Shown here piece by piece: positions 13,587 through 25,621 of a DNA stretch of 64,000 bases. This DNA comes from Schizochytrium sp. TIO01 (Eukaryota > Protista > Bigyra: Labyrinthulomycetes): contig SMSO01000034.1 of assembly GCA_004764695.1 (NCBI GenBank), positions 3,782,001-3,846,000 of the forward strand, given 5' to 3'. Positions within the stretch are counted from its first letter, which is position 1; each line of letters opens with the position of its first letter. A program made the position numbers and the translations under genes. Below the pieces are notes generated by a model. That model did no database searches. It had not been told where the DNA came from and saw only the letters and a program-made list of their open reading frames with translations.

Positions 13587-16006
13587 TTAATTCCAAAACC
13601 ACCCTCCCCAACGCCCGCGTGAGCCCTCTGCAGAAATAGTCTTATTTTCCATACTCTGTTCGCTTGCGTTAACAACTGCATCGCCCTGATCCTCGTTTGC
13701 TGCATCTACACCATGCTTAAATGTTGCTGCCTCTGGCAGATCATCGTCAGAGATATCCATGGCATCTTGGTCCTCTAACAGCATCTCCTCTTCCTCTTTA
13801 GGCTCTTTTTTCTTGTTTCGTCGAGACGAACGCTTGCCTGAAGCACGAGAGTTCTTGGAACTGCTTGATGAAGTTCTTGAAGTCTGAGACATACGTCCAC
13901 TGACACGTTTCGACGGAGTGGCGAGAAGTGCGCGGCGCTCTCCTGCTTCATTTTCCTCGATCGGAGGAAGAGACCGAGCGGACAAGGGCTCCTGTTCTCC
14001 TCGTTTCACCGATGAATGCGTATCCGTCACACCATCCTTGATAAAGTATGCCCTGATCTTGTAAAACACCTTCAGTCCAAACTCAAAGATTTTGTTGGCA
14101 CCACGAAAGTACGGCAATTGAAGCCATAACGTAAACACCAGTAGCATGTGGTTCCACAAAGGGAACCAGAACAATCCCATTGACAGAACATGATGAAATA
14201 GCATCGACACTGTATATACAACCCAATACTGTAGCCACTGAGTCATTTGAACAGCGCCATACGCAATGCTTGTGGGGTTATTGCGAAACCGTTTCAATGA
14301 AGTTGAATCTTTGTTAGAGGCAGCAGTCTGCGTAATTTTTTCTGCACGCTCCAATGCGATCAGAGTCCGGGTAGCCGTTAAAACGGGTCTGCCGAGACCA
14401 ATCGCATGAGCACCAATTGCAGTAATCGTGGATGGCATGACCAAGAACACCAAACCCATCACAACCAGTGTGCCACCAGTTTCCATCACTTCAGAAAACT
14501 TAGCGCGCGTTTCTGGGGAAATGATGCGGAATGCATACATCAGGTCCACAAGGCCGGCTCTGCTGATCACTCGAAACGCCTGGAGTTTCCACGCGTCCAA
14601 TCAATTGATCAATGAGAGGAATCATCCATCGAAAAGACAGATCAGCCCCAGATGTGCCAGGCATCTGGAGCCAGAGAGACCACATTAGACGCACAGGGGG
14701 CCAAAACGAGAGTGCTGAGAGTAGATGACCAGAAACTGGCATCGCCTCAAGAAACAAGGCAAGACCCAACACAGTCCAGTACTGGAACCCAGTAGCGAAC
14801 ACTTTGCAATTCAGCATAGAGTTCCAGAGATGCCTCAGGGTCTAGCTCAAGCTGCCTTGAATAATGAATTCCGTCTACCGTAGAGATGTCCTGCGAATCG
14901 AGCGAGCCGATTGAGCTAGTGTCATCCTCGCTTTCTGCATCGCCACCACTGTGTTGCCGGTTGTGCCGACGAGTACTGCTACGCTGAGAGCGACTACCAA
15001 ACCAGCCTGTGGGCAGCCAACTAGAAAGTATAGATGACGCAGCTTGTGTCAGAACAAACTCTTGTCGTTGAGCCATTTCTGCCGTCGGCAACTGAGAAAA
15101 TGTATTGCGACGACGAAGACCATGAAAGCGCTCCATCATTCTGTGATAAGCCATGTCGTACACAATAAGCGCTCTAGTTGCCAGAATTACTGGAACCCCA
15201 ATAACGACTGACCACCCACCGAGCCCCCGACTGAATTCTACGAATTGAGTGCGGCCAAGCGCATAAACTGTGCCTGCAAAACCCAAGAATAAGAGGTGTG
15301 GTAAAGCATCCGCAAGGATTCTTGACTGCGTACGGATAGATGATGCCACACTGTCATACACTGCATGAACAGCAGCATTCTTCTGCTCAAACCATTCAAC
15401 GGTACGTTCCCTGTAACGACGGCGCCGAATCTCACGTTGAAGCATAAAAACAAGGACTAAACATGTGACAGCTCCAGCAATTGCAACCTTCGTAGTCCAA
15501 TGCAGATTCATCAAAAGTTGAATCGATGCCCGCAAAGATGGCTGCATCGCAGAAAACCCATCTTGGGTAATTCTAAACGTCTGGTGTGATGTTGGAAGTA
15601 GAATTGCCCAGATAAGTCGGGTCCACAGCTTCGTTGCCATCCATGTGGCTTCGCACGCGGCGATAAATACTTCACGTGTCACGCTAACGTCCAAATTTTG
15701 ATTTGCTTGAACATGATCTACAAGCACCCGGTTGCTACTTTGACTCGCCACCTGCATTGCGCCGCCAATGCCGGCCATCACTGCGTACGATACTACAATC
15801 ACAATTAAAGCTCGCGTCGAAAGGCTCAGATCGCCCAGTCCGAGTTCTTCACGAATTTCTGATTCTGACCGCTGTCGCTGCATCTTACCCAGGGACTTCT
15901 TTTCTTTCTTCCTCCTCCGTCTGAGCTCGCTGCCCTTTGATGGAGTTAAGTCCGCAACATCCTCCTCTTCAAAGTTAAGATCAGGCTCCGAGTTTACTTC
16001 CCCCAT
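13587..16006 (-). CDS. Multi-pass membrane protein with two TB2/DP1/HVA22 (REEP/Yop1-like) domains, ~805 aa after repairing two +1 frameshifts
   Basis: Three overlapping track ORFs (14747-16066, 14500-14817, 13587-14600) join into one protein if one base is removed near 14784-14790 and one near 14552. Domain 1: RYW(F/V)QYWTVLG...FWPPVRLMWSLWLQMPGTSGA. Domain 2: QWLQYWVVY...WFPLWNHMLLVFTLWLQLPYFRGA. First ATG at 16006. Confidence 0.78.
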
Positions 16007-17665
16007 CCTTATCGTCAAAGTAGAATTTGGTGAGTCTCCTCTCGTATGGATTTCAACTGTAGACACCAGACAAACGTCTTGGCAGTGCGTCAGAAAAGAG
16101 AATTGGTATTCAAAATAGTGCTGTGTTCGCTGTAATCACGATAATGTGAAAGTCAAATACCTCCCAGATCAAAAAGAAATAGCCACTCTGGCCGTCACGA
16201 AGTCTGTTTAAAGCGAGGCTGTGCTTTGCATGAATACCCGAGCCCAACACTAGGCGTTATGCGTTAGGCGTGTGTTCAAGCTTGCCTTGAAGAGCTTATC
16301 TTCCTCGCCTGACAATTTTTCCAAAGTAAACGAGGCTGTGAGCGGTTTTGCGCTTTCCGCTCTCGGTGGCTGGGCTGGACAAACAATTATATAAAAGTCC
16401 AACACAGCAATCTTCTTGCGCAACAGTTCCCAGGCCAGATCTCTCCAGCAACCAGAGAAAGAGAGTACACAAAGCCGACAGACGAAATAGCCAGAGCCGC
16501 TTGCCGCTATGCCTTGCAAGCGCAGACGTGGAGTTTGAAGACTTTCAGAAAGTCTTTGCAGTTATGCATCGTGTATCGAGCAAGGCGAATCAATCATCTT
16601 ACCAAGAAACTGTATAACTTACTTTATCTTATCAATTATAGTGAGCTATAGAGGCACGGTATACTAGGATATTAAAAGATATACTTCACTGTTACTAACT
16701 AAGAAGCAACGAGAAAGTAATCGGCAAGCCACTGACGTTAGCAGTTAGCAACCTTGGGCTTCTTCAATCAAGGTGTGCGCTCATTAGTGTGTTTTGACTC
16801 TCGAATGAAGGAAGTCCATGATGCTCGTACTTTTACCAGCTGTTGCTCGTCAACAAGCAAAGTGCGTTGTAACGGGGATGGCAGAGGGAAAACTACATCG
16901 TGTTAAGGAACTTGAAAGAAAGAAAAAAACAGGGACATGGTTTCACGACTGAGCAGCCTGGGCAGAAGAAATCAGAAATTTCTTTTGAGGCCTCTCCGAC
17001 GCAGTATGTACAGGAACATGAAACAAGCATCCAGGGTCAACATGTTGTCCAGGCATGGGGCACAAAGAAAAAAAGAGAGCACATATTTTTAATTATCGTC
17101 ATGATTCTCGTAAGAGAATATGAAGAAGTCCCAATTCATAGTGCCATGTAGGAAATGATCATTACGATGGCAACTATTATCTCTTTCGTAAATTATATGT
17201 ATGACATGCAGTGCAGCTTCGAGAGTGAAGAAGAGTGGCAGTAATGTATGACAATGGGCAATGCTAATCAATACAAGTTATGCGGAAACAATTGGTCGGG
17301 GCAGGCGTATGCATGTATAAATAGGCAAAAAAAACATGCGCGCCGACACGGAGAAAAGGGGGATAACAGTTGCAAATCTCCGAAAGAAGAAAACGACTGG
17401 GAAAGATGCCTGTCCACTACGAGCTACATAAAGTTTGATGAATAGATCTCCCAAAACCGTCAAAAACAACCAGCATTCCCGCTCTAGCCGGCATTCTTTT
17501 GAGAACGGTACATGCAGCAATTGCCATATTCTGAAGGCACAAAGTAGCAATTATGAGGCTAACAATGGTTCAACAAATGTAGGAAGCGTATATGCACAGC
17601 CAGGCTGTAAAGTACGGAGGAAGTAACAACCTATGCAAGCAATTGATCATTCACTCAGCCATTCA

Positions 17666-18467
17666 TTAATTGACGATGCGACCCTTGCTAAGCTCATCGA
17701 CAGGGCTCCAGAGCTTGTCGAGCATGGCCATAGAGGCCGGGTTGTTGTTGACCCAAAGGATGAACTTTGCCAGCTGTGCAGGTGTAAGAATCTTCTGTAG
17801 CTCCTTCATCTCCTCCCCGAGGGCCTGGTTCTTGCGCTCCATGCGTCGTTTGAGGTCGTCACACTCCCTGAGCGTGAATCTGAGATCCTTTGCCATCTGC
17901 CTAGCGTCGTTGCGATGACCCTTGATTTTCTCCTTTTGCTCCTCTGTGGCTCCCATCTCGCGCATGACGATTGACCAAATGCTGCCTGCGCCGTTCACAT
18001 TCAAATTTTGCTCGCTCGTTGAGTCATAAAAGTCGTCCTCCTGGTGCAAAGACCACATACACATTTTGGTCACCTGTGTGGGCAGAAGAAGCCTTTCGAG
18101 CTGCTCCATATGCCTGCGAATAGACTCTGTGCGGACTACACCATAGTCGCTAAATTTCTTCACATACGTTTCCAAAACTGACTGCAGCTCCTCTGCAGAA
18201 GCACCTCGAGCAAGCATCTCCTCCAAGCGCTGCGTAATCTCTAACTTTTCCTGCGCGTCGCGTTGGAACAGTTTCTTTGCCAACCTTAAGCTGCAGACGG
18301 AGCTGCAGGTTTTCGCTTTCCAAGGCGTTCACGCGCTCCTCGAGCTCGTTGACCTTCTCCTTCTTCTTCTTCTTCTGAGCTGCAGAAGCAGAAGATGAGC
18401 TCGCAGCGGCAGGAGAAGAGGCTGCGGCCACCGGCTCAGACTTACGCTGGCGTTTAGAGGAACTCAT
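17666..18467 (-). CDS. bZIP-like leucine-zipper protein with a C-terminal helical (DOG1/TGA-like) region, ~266 aa after repairing one +1 frameshift
   Basis: The zipper KKEKVNELEERVNALESENLQLRLQL (ORF 18150-18512) continues as QRDAQEKLEITQRLEEML (ORF 17666-18283) if one base is removed near 18265. The C-terminal ILTPAQLAKFILWV resembles the helical tails of TGA/DOG1-type bZIP proteins. ATG at 18467. Confidence 0.7.
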
Positions 18468-19782
18468 TGCAGAGGGGGCGCGGGCACGCGAACGGGAATA
18501 GGTGCAAAGCAAGAAGAGAAGAACGAGCGATCGAAGTTTGGAGAGGACGGAAGACGAGCGATTTGATTTAGTCCAAGTATCTAAGTACTCCTACTTAGCT
18601 TAGTTTTCCTTCTTTCCTTCTTATCAAATTCCTTCTTTTTTTTTGCAATTGAAAATATATATATTTAATCAAGTGTAAAACTCAACAAGAGAAAGTGGAG
18701 AGTTAAGGAGATGTACTGTTGAGCAAACGAAAGAAAAGTAGAGTATAGAACGAAACTTGATAGTAAAGAAGCCATGTAGGTAGGAATTTATTTATTTAGG
18801 GGTAAATTGGTTTTCTATGAGCACTTCAAGAACAATGAATTCCCCAGTGCGGAAACGATGGTTCAAGACTAGGCGAGGATAAGGCAAGTCAAGAACAACG
18901 GAGAAATAAAGCACTCCAAGATGCAGTACGATATTGACACGCTGCTGCAACGCTTTCCAAAGAATAGAAGACGCTCAATCCAATTCGGACTTTCTTACTG
19001 TTTCCTCCATCTCCGAGATGGTAGATACAGATACTACATCTACTCGGCAGCTTGTGTACATCAGTGTCCGGTTACTGTGTTTACTTCTTCATGTATTATT
19101 TGAGGAATCCTTATCGTTGTGCTCAAGCTTAACTTTTATAACTTATATTTACTGTTCTTCTCCATGACGCTTAACCACGAACAGATGAATATTTTAACGG
19201 TGTCCGCCTGAACTAATCTTCGATTTTAGTTGGAATTCCTATGATTTCGAAGAACTAACTTCGAAATCAATTGGTTAGTTAATCATCCAAAACTAAAATC
19301 TGTATGGAGTCACACTCCCAAATGGAAAAGACGAAATTGCCGAGACACCATCTAAAATCCAAAGACTCTTGCATCGCAAAAGTAGATAGCAGTAGCAGGA
19401 GTCCAGGCTTATCACAGAAGATCGTCAAAGTACGAAACCTGAGCATGGAGATGCTCTCAATTCAGAGTAGAATCATATATTTTGAAAGTTCAATATGTTT
19501 TAGTAACCCTATTATATGTGTTCTATAGTAAACACTGATACCTACATGCCTACTACTAAGCCTCCATACAGTGAGTGGAATGAAATGAATGAACGAAAGG
19601 AGGCCTTGAGCATAAACCAAAGAAACCTGCTCTAACGCAAGCAATCTTATTTGCACACTGGCAAGGACGTCGAGAACTCGGCTGCTGAGCAAGTTATCGC
19701 GTCCCGCGGACAGGTCTTCAAAGTCAGCCATGCGAATCTGAACTGTAAAGGTGTGGTTCAGATCTCAGGCTTGTCTACTAAG

Positions 19783-22700
19783 ATGGACCGCCAGAGCAAG
19801 ACTCTTGCCAAGCGGAAACGAAAAAGCAACGAAGCGGCTGACGGGGACAACACAAGATCCAACGACAAGAAAACCAAATCCTTCAGCAAAGGAAGCAGCA
19901 ACTCAAAAAGCGGCAACAATGGCAAATCGTCGTCGTCATCGTCGTCGTCTGCTTTGTCAACCTCAAAGGCTCGTGAGAGCAGCAACAACAACAAGAATGA
20001 CAAGGTGCCAACCATTTTGAAGGAAATGAAATCCGAAAAGGTCAAGAAGAAAAAGGTTAAATTTGCACATGATCAAAGCAAGAGCAACGTTGATATTGAC
20101 AGTGGTGATGAACTTGACGATGATGACAGTGAAGGCGACGAAGAACTTCTCAAAGTAGAGAATGGTAAGGTCATTAAAAAGGAATCGGGGTCTGAGGAAA
20201 GGCCCACCAAAACCAAGCGTGTATCACCACCGATCCCGCCGCAAAGTCCAGACTCGGCAGGCTCAGATAACTCTGATGATGATAGCAGCTCGAGCAGTTC
20301 GAGTGGTAGCGACTTTGACTTTGGAGCATTGTCTCAAGAAGTAAGTCAAAAGACAGAATTTGACGGGGTAGAAGCGAGGGCTTCGGGAGGCGAATCAGAC
20401 AGCGACAGTAGCGCACCTAAGCCCCCAGGTTCGTCACAATTGTCAGCAACAGAGGCAGCTGCACAAGCAATGGCATCCCAGAGGCGGAGAGAACGAAAGC
20501 AGCGACTTCAAGAAAAGTTTAATCGTACAGGAGGAGATCGCTTGCCATCGTCCAGAAAGGATTTGCGGAAACGCAGCATTGGACGTGCCATGATCTACAA
20601 AATGAATCCAGCGACACTTTTGCCAGGTGTACAACGCTTTAGGGTTCGATTCCACAACCAGAAAAATATGGCAAATGAACGGAGATATGTTGAATTAGAC
20701 GACTTTGGCGATGCTTTGGAGATTGCGAAAGCATACACAAAATACAAGTACTTCGGCGTGCGCAAGGATAAAAGATACAAACAGTGGTATCAGTGCTTTA
20801 TCATTCTCCACCGGCCGAATTCATCGCCTTAGCTACCATGACACAATCGAGGAAGCTGCACGAGCCCATGACGAGGCATTAGTTCGCTTGACTAATCAGA
20901 GGCGCATTTTGAATTTTCCCGAACTTCGCAAGAAAATTTGTCAGCCTGGTGGTTCTGCGGCTGACATCTTCCATGCTGCCTTCCGCTACGGTTTAAGAAT
21001 GGGCCCCCGTGATACCGTTACGTCTGTTTATGACGCCCGCCTTCCGCGGACATTCAAGATTTCTTATGCAACTTATGTCATGAACCATTATGAACCAGGG
21101 TCCGCACATCAATTCACGTCACAATGGCGAAACTCTTCATTTTACGCAAACCTCAAGCATGACCCAGGCTCAAAAACTGCTTGTGAACTTGCGGAGTGCT
21201 TTAATCTCGAGCGGCTCGCACTTCAGCTGGATGCACAAGGTCGAGTACCAGCCGTTGCTCGTGTTGTCTACGAAATGAACCGGTATGCAATTTTGATGGG
21301 TCGCTACTGTCTCGAAAGACCATTCCGTTTGCTTGTACGCTTGACGACCATAACACTTGCCAAATCGGGCAAACTAAAGCAAGCCGAAAGTTATGCACGC
21401 AAGTTGTTGCCTTTGATTCACTCGTTTCAGTTCGGAACTGTACACCTCGCTGCAACAACACTAGGTGAACGGGGTGTAAAAACTTCCATTGCAATGAACA
21501 TTGATACACGTCAAGAGCAAATATGGCAAAACCGCCCTTCAACTGAGAGAATTGAGATGAGAAAAGGACTAGAAGGCATGGTGTGGACGCGCATCCGCGT
21601 TTGGATTGTCACAATGATTGCTCGCCTTCGTGCAATTCTTGAGCGCGATGATGAGTCGCTACTCCTTTTCGATCAACATTTTCAGCTTCCTACCTTTCAT
21701 GGACAAATTGAACCTCGTCTAACAGCTGCTGCGCTGTGCACTGTCCAAACCAAGGGAAAGGAAGGCACTACAGCCGAGCTGGAGATTCTCAAACGTGCAC
21801 AAGACTACCTCAAGGACGTAACACCTGAAGGTGAGCTTGCTGATGAGCTTATCGAGGCTCTCGTTGAAACGCAGCTGCAAGTCATTCGTCTTGTTGGTGT
21901 GTCTCAAGCCCAGCGCTTAACTCAACAGAGCCAACAATCCCAGCAAAGCCAAGATACGCAAGATAGTGATGAGGAGACGGAGAAAACTAAAAAGAGGAAG
22001 AAACTCTCTAAGCGTCGTCGAAAGGAGGTTGACATCTTTGTATCTGTGACAACATACGCGCAACAATATCCCACACGGACAGCAGGTCCTTGGGGCCTTG
22101 CGCGGCTTTATGATTTACAATTGCAAATGACTGATGAAGAGGATGAGATCTTCTACGCGAAAACAAAGTCTGACGTCCTGGGTGCTCTCATGCAAACTCT
22201 CCGCTGTGACCCTCTCCACTTTCAGGCTGCCCGTGCTCTCGCAGATCTTCAAGACCCGCCCCTACCCGGTCAAACCTGGACGCACGAAGATGACGCTCGT
22301 AGCGAAGTTTCAAGTTTTGGAACGCGGACGAAAACACAAGCTGATCCTGAAGAAATTGAGCGAAAACGCCAGGAAGCAGAAGAGGAAGCTCGTCAGTCCG
22401 CAGCTATTACTGAACTGTTTTGTGAGAGTATCGAGTGCCTGGCTTATGAATCGTGTCCTCCTATTTCTCTTCTATTTCGTGCAGCTTTCAAGCCAGAGCC
22501 TGAGTTTTCAGGTGAAGCAAAGGCTCTGGAAATGTGGAAAATTCTGGCCCAATGCCCTCAAGCTGACCTGATAAAGGCAGCTGAAAACCGTGAATGGTGG
22601 TTTGAGCGTTTCTTCAACGATTGGCAAGAAGTTCGATTTGATACGGTATGGTGCAACGCAGTGCCGAAAATTGATTCAATTCATTATGCATTAATGCGAC

Positions 22701-22990
22701 AGATGCTATTAGCCGGGACAAAAATGGGTTTCATATCATCAGACCTCATTAGTGATCACGGTGAAAACGAAGAAGGTCAGCACCAAATGGCCACTTCGAA
22801 TATCTCCCCTATGGCAGAGAGTTTCAGTTCTCCGCATCATCTTCGTCATGATTCCTCTGCTTCTCCTCTTTCCCTTCGCGATGCCTCAGGCTCTCCTTAT
22901 GCTCCTCGTCGCACTCTCTCTCCGAATTCAGAAAGTTCATCCGTGGCGAAGAGTCCTCCGCCGTCGAGTCCGGACTCCGTGGCGAATTGA
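19783..22990 (+). CDS. AP2-domain nuclear protein with an acidic/basic low-complexity N-terminus and a long helical C-terminal region, ~1068 aa after repairing one +1 frameshift
   Basis: The AP2 signature is split across two frames: YFGVRKDKRYKQW (ORF 19651-20832) and SALSFSTGRIHRLSYHDTIEEAARAHDEALVRLTNQRRILNFP (ORF 20705-22990). They join if one base is removed at ~20788-20791. First ATG at 19783. Confidence 0.75.
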
Positions 22991-23843
22991 CAACTGCAAA
23001 CTTGAAAGCGCTTGCGACATAAATTGAAGTTTGTACACGTCTGACAGTATCTTTAAAACGCAGTCGTGCAATGCGACCTGTGTCGATTTTCTCGACAAGC
23101 TCGCGTGGATAGACCTCGGTATGATCTTCTTCCAATTCGTCATCGCTGTCTTCATTGTGTTCGTCATGTCCCTCATCATGAATGCCATGTTCGTCGTTCT
23201 CGTTTGAAAAGTGTACAGTAACTTCGGTGCCATCATCGGATATGGCCTGAACAATGCCTTGGAAAGCAAGGCATCCTTCTTTGACACGAACTCGGTCGCC
23301 AACCTCGAGTGTATCCCAGCTTTTCACTTTGTGAACCTCACCATCTCGAACATCAAATGTGCAGAAATCCTCTTGATTGTGATCGCTAGGGGATGCCACG
23401 TCTTCTTGTGGCTCTTCGTTATCAACATGTACCTCAATTTGGTATCCTGAAGCTGAGATCACCACGCCCTCGACGAGGAGGGCACCGAAGTTTGGATCCT
23501 TCACTTTGACAATATCTCCCGCCTCATATACAAAACTGTGTAGGACACTCTGATACTCACAATATTGATCATTAACCTTCATGACCGCTTGGATTAACTC
23601 GTCGTGCGCTTTCCCACGAACACCACCATCTGCAGAACTCTTCATGTATAGATTTTTGTACTCCTTGTATGCGCTCTCCATTTCTTGAAAGAGGGTTGAT
23701 AATCTCTCACTGACATCGTCTACACATGCAGATGTCAGACCTAGGCTTTCTTGCTTGTGTCGCACTGTTCTGCATTCTTGCTCCAGCTCCCTCTGCAAAG
23801 TTGAGTGCGAGAGAGCGTTCAGATCGCTGGCTCCAGAACCCAT
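22824..23843 (-). CDS. Hypothetical protein, 339 aa: putative N-myristoylation motif, coiled coil and two Tudor/KOW-like beta-barrel repeats
   Basis: ATG ORF starting MGSGAS (MGxxxS). Helical N-half. Two similar modules: YEAGDIVKVKD...EGVVISASGYQIEVHVD and LEVGDRVRVKE...QGIVQAISDDGTEVTVHFS. Confidence 0.72.
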   Translation of the reverse strand: MGSGASDLNALSHSTLQRELEQECRTVRHKQESLGLTSACVDDVSERLSTLFQEMESAYKEYKNLYMKSSADGGVRGKAHDELIQAVMKVNDQYCEYQSVLHSFVYEAGDIVKVKDPNFGALLVEGVVISASGYQIEVHVDNEEPQEDVASPSDHNQEDFCTFDVRDGEVHKVKSWDTLEVGDRVRVKEGCLAFQGIVQAISDDGTEVTVHFSNENDEHGIHDEGHDEHNEDSDDELEEDHTEVYPRELVEKIDTGRIARLRFKDTVRRVQTSIYVASAFKFAVVNSPRSPDSTAEDSSPRMNFLNSERECDEEHKESLRHREGKEEKQRNHDEDDAEN

Positions 23844-25621
23844 CTTTTTTCTCCAACGTATGAACTACTCTGTTTGCTTGCCGCTCCACGGCTTGAAACC
23901 TTTATTTATGGATAGTCCTTTGCTCGAACAAAGTTGACTGGACGTATTTCTAGAGCTCCTTCAGAGAACCTTCAGTGACGTAGGAAACGTGCTATAAGTT
24001 TTGAAGATTCAAGCACCTCCCACTCGCTTCCACTGTTCTCTACACAAACGCAGAGGATCACTAGAAAGCGTTGACTTCTTCGAAGGCAAAGACTTGCTTG
24101 CAGGTTTCCTCGTCTTTTCTGTCTGGTTTTCTTCTTCACCAGCTAAAGACCAGCACGGTACAACAGCTTCTATAGTGCGCCTAACACAGGACCCCAAGCA
24201 GGCAGAGTTGAGTTATCAACCCTGGACTTTCAATGACAACGAAGTATGAGCGCTGTGCCGCTCGATACTCGTCGGCAAAGAGGTATTACAGCTTCGGCAA
24301 CGCTTGTAGCAGCTGCTGTTAGTGCCCGAGGAGTTGGTAATTCTGACTAATTAACAAAGCGGAAGAAGAAACAAAAATAAAGCAAAGAATCGTCTATATA
24401 ATATTTGCCTTAAGAAAAGGTGTGTGCGCGTCTGTGTGTCAATTTGGTGCATTCAGGTCCGCGCCGCTTCCAGCCTTTGGTTCTTGGGTTATTCGCCCCT
24501 TTTCCCGCACACAAGCTTTCACCTCTGACAAGTAAAGAGGATATAGGAAGACCTAATTTCATCCATCAATTATCAGATTCTCCAGAATCTGATGCCTCTT
24601 CTCCCTAAGGCGGCGCCTTGTCTACACCACTAGGGTGTCCTTGCCTTTCTATGCACGCTGTGCTATCCTCAGGAGCAGAGTAGAGAGCAGAGGCGGGTCT
24701 TTCGTACGGCAAGTTCTTGCTATGGGAATATCTATGGATCCCTTAAGAGTCCCAAACAGGAAGAAATGAAAAAGATAGCGCTCACCGGACAAATCGGGGA
24801 CTATAAACCTCAGACGTTCCGAAAGATAGGCAACCAAGGAAGCCTTGAAGGCCTGGAGAGGTAAGACTTGGTCGTGCATAAGCTGCACAGGAGTGCAAGT
24901 CAGGTTTTGAGGCTGAAAACACGCTCCAGATTGGAATGTAAAATCACTTCAGAGAATGGGAAAGGCAATGAATGACTGGCAATCATTCTCTCAGGTTTTC
25001 TTGGCTGAAGTTATTTTGGCCAAGGACGAAGTTGGCAAGCAGTCCATCTTTCGAAGGAATGAGCCAAGACAAAGGAACATATGAAGAATCGAAAATAGTT
25101 CCTCATATAACTTGAAGGAAAGTGAATTTGTCGCGAAGTCTTGATTTCATCAACTCTATTTTATTTTAATTAATAAAAATACAATAAGCTCTACACAGAC
25201 AAGTCTGGTTGTTGTGACATTGAAGGGACTATGTGCGTATACTTGGGGGTTTAGATTCTATGTAGAATACTTCGGGGCCGCTTTAAGAAACGTGAATCGA
25301 AACTTCACAAGAAGCAATCCTTTCTTTCTTTCTGAAATTATATAAGAAAAAAAGGGAAAAAAAGAATACTGTGCACTCACACAATGTCGGAGTTGGGACG
25401 CGGAAGCGGAGAAACCCAGGGAGTTTATTAACATTTATGATAGGGAAATACATATTACTCCTTGTGGGAGTTGCGAGGTTTACGGAAACCCATTTGCTCA
25501 GTGCGGAGGGGCAAAAGTTTATCCAACTGAGGGATATTGATGGCAGCCACGAGCGAGCAATTTCGCAATAAGTGATTGTACAATCTCTTTCTTGCTTCTT
25601 TCTTTCTTTTAAACAAAGTAA

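Noticed and set aside
14545-20795. Tiny GT-AG segments (7, 13, 19 and 7 nt) that could restore frame at the four +1 sites
   Set aside because: Most are shorter than any established spliceosomal intron and none has a branch motif. Removal would delete conserved residues (HVA22 W-x-Q-Y-W spacing, AP2 Trp). Such dinucleotide pairs arise easily by chance.
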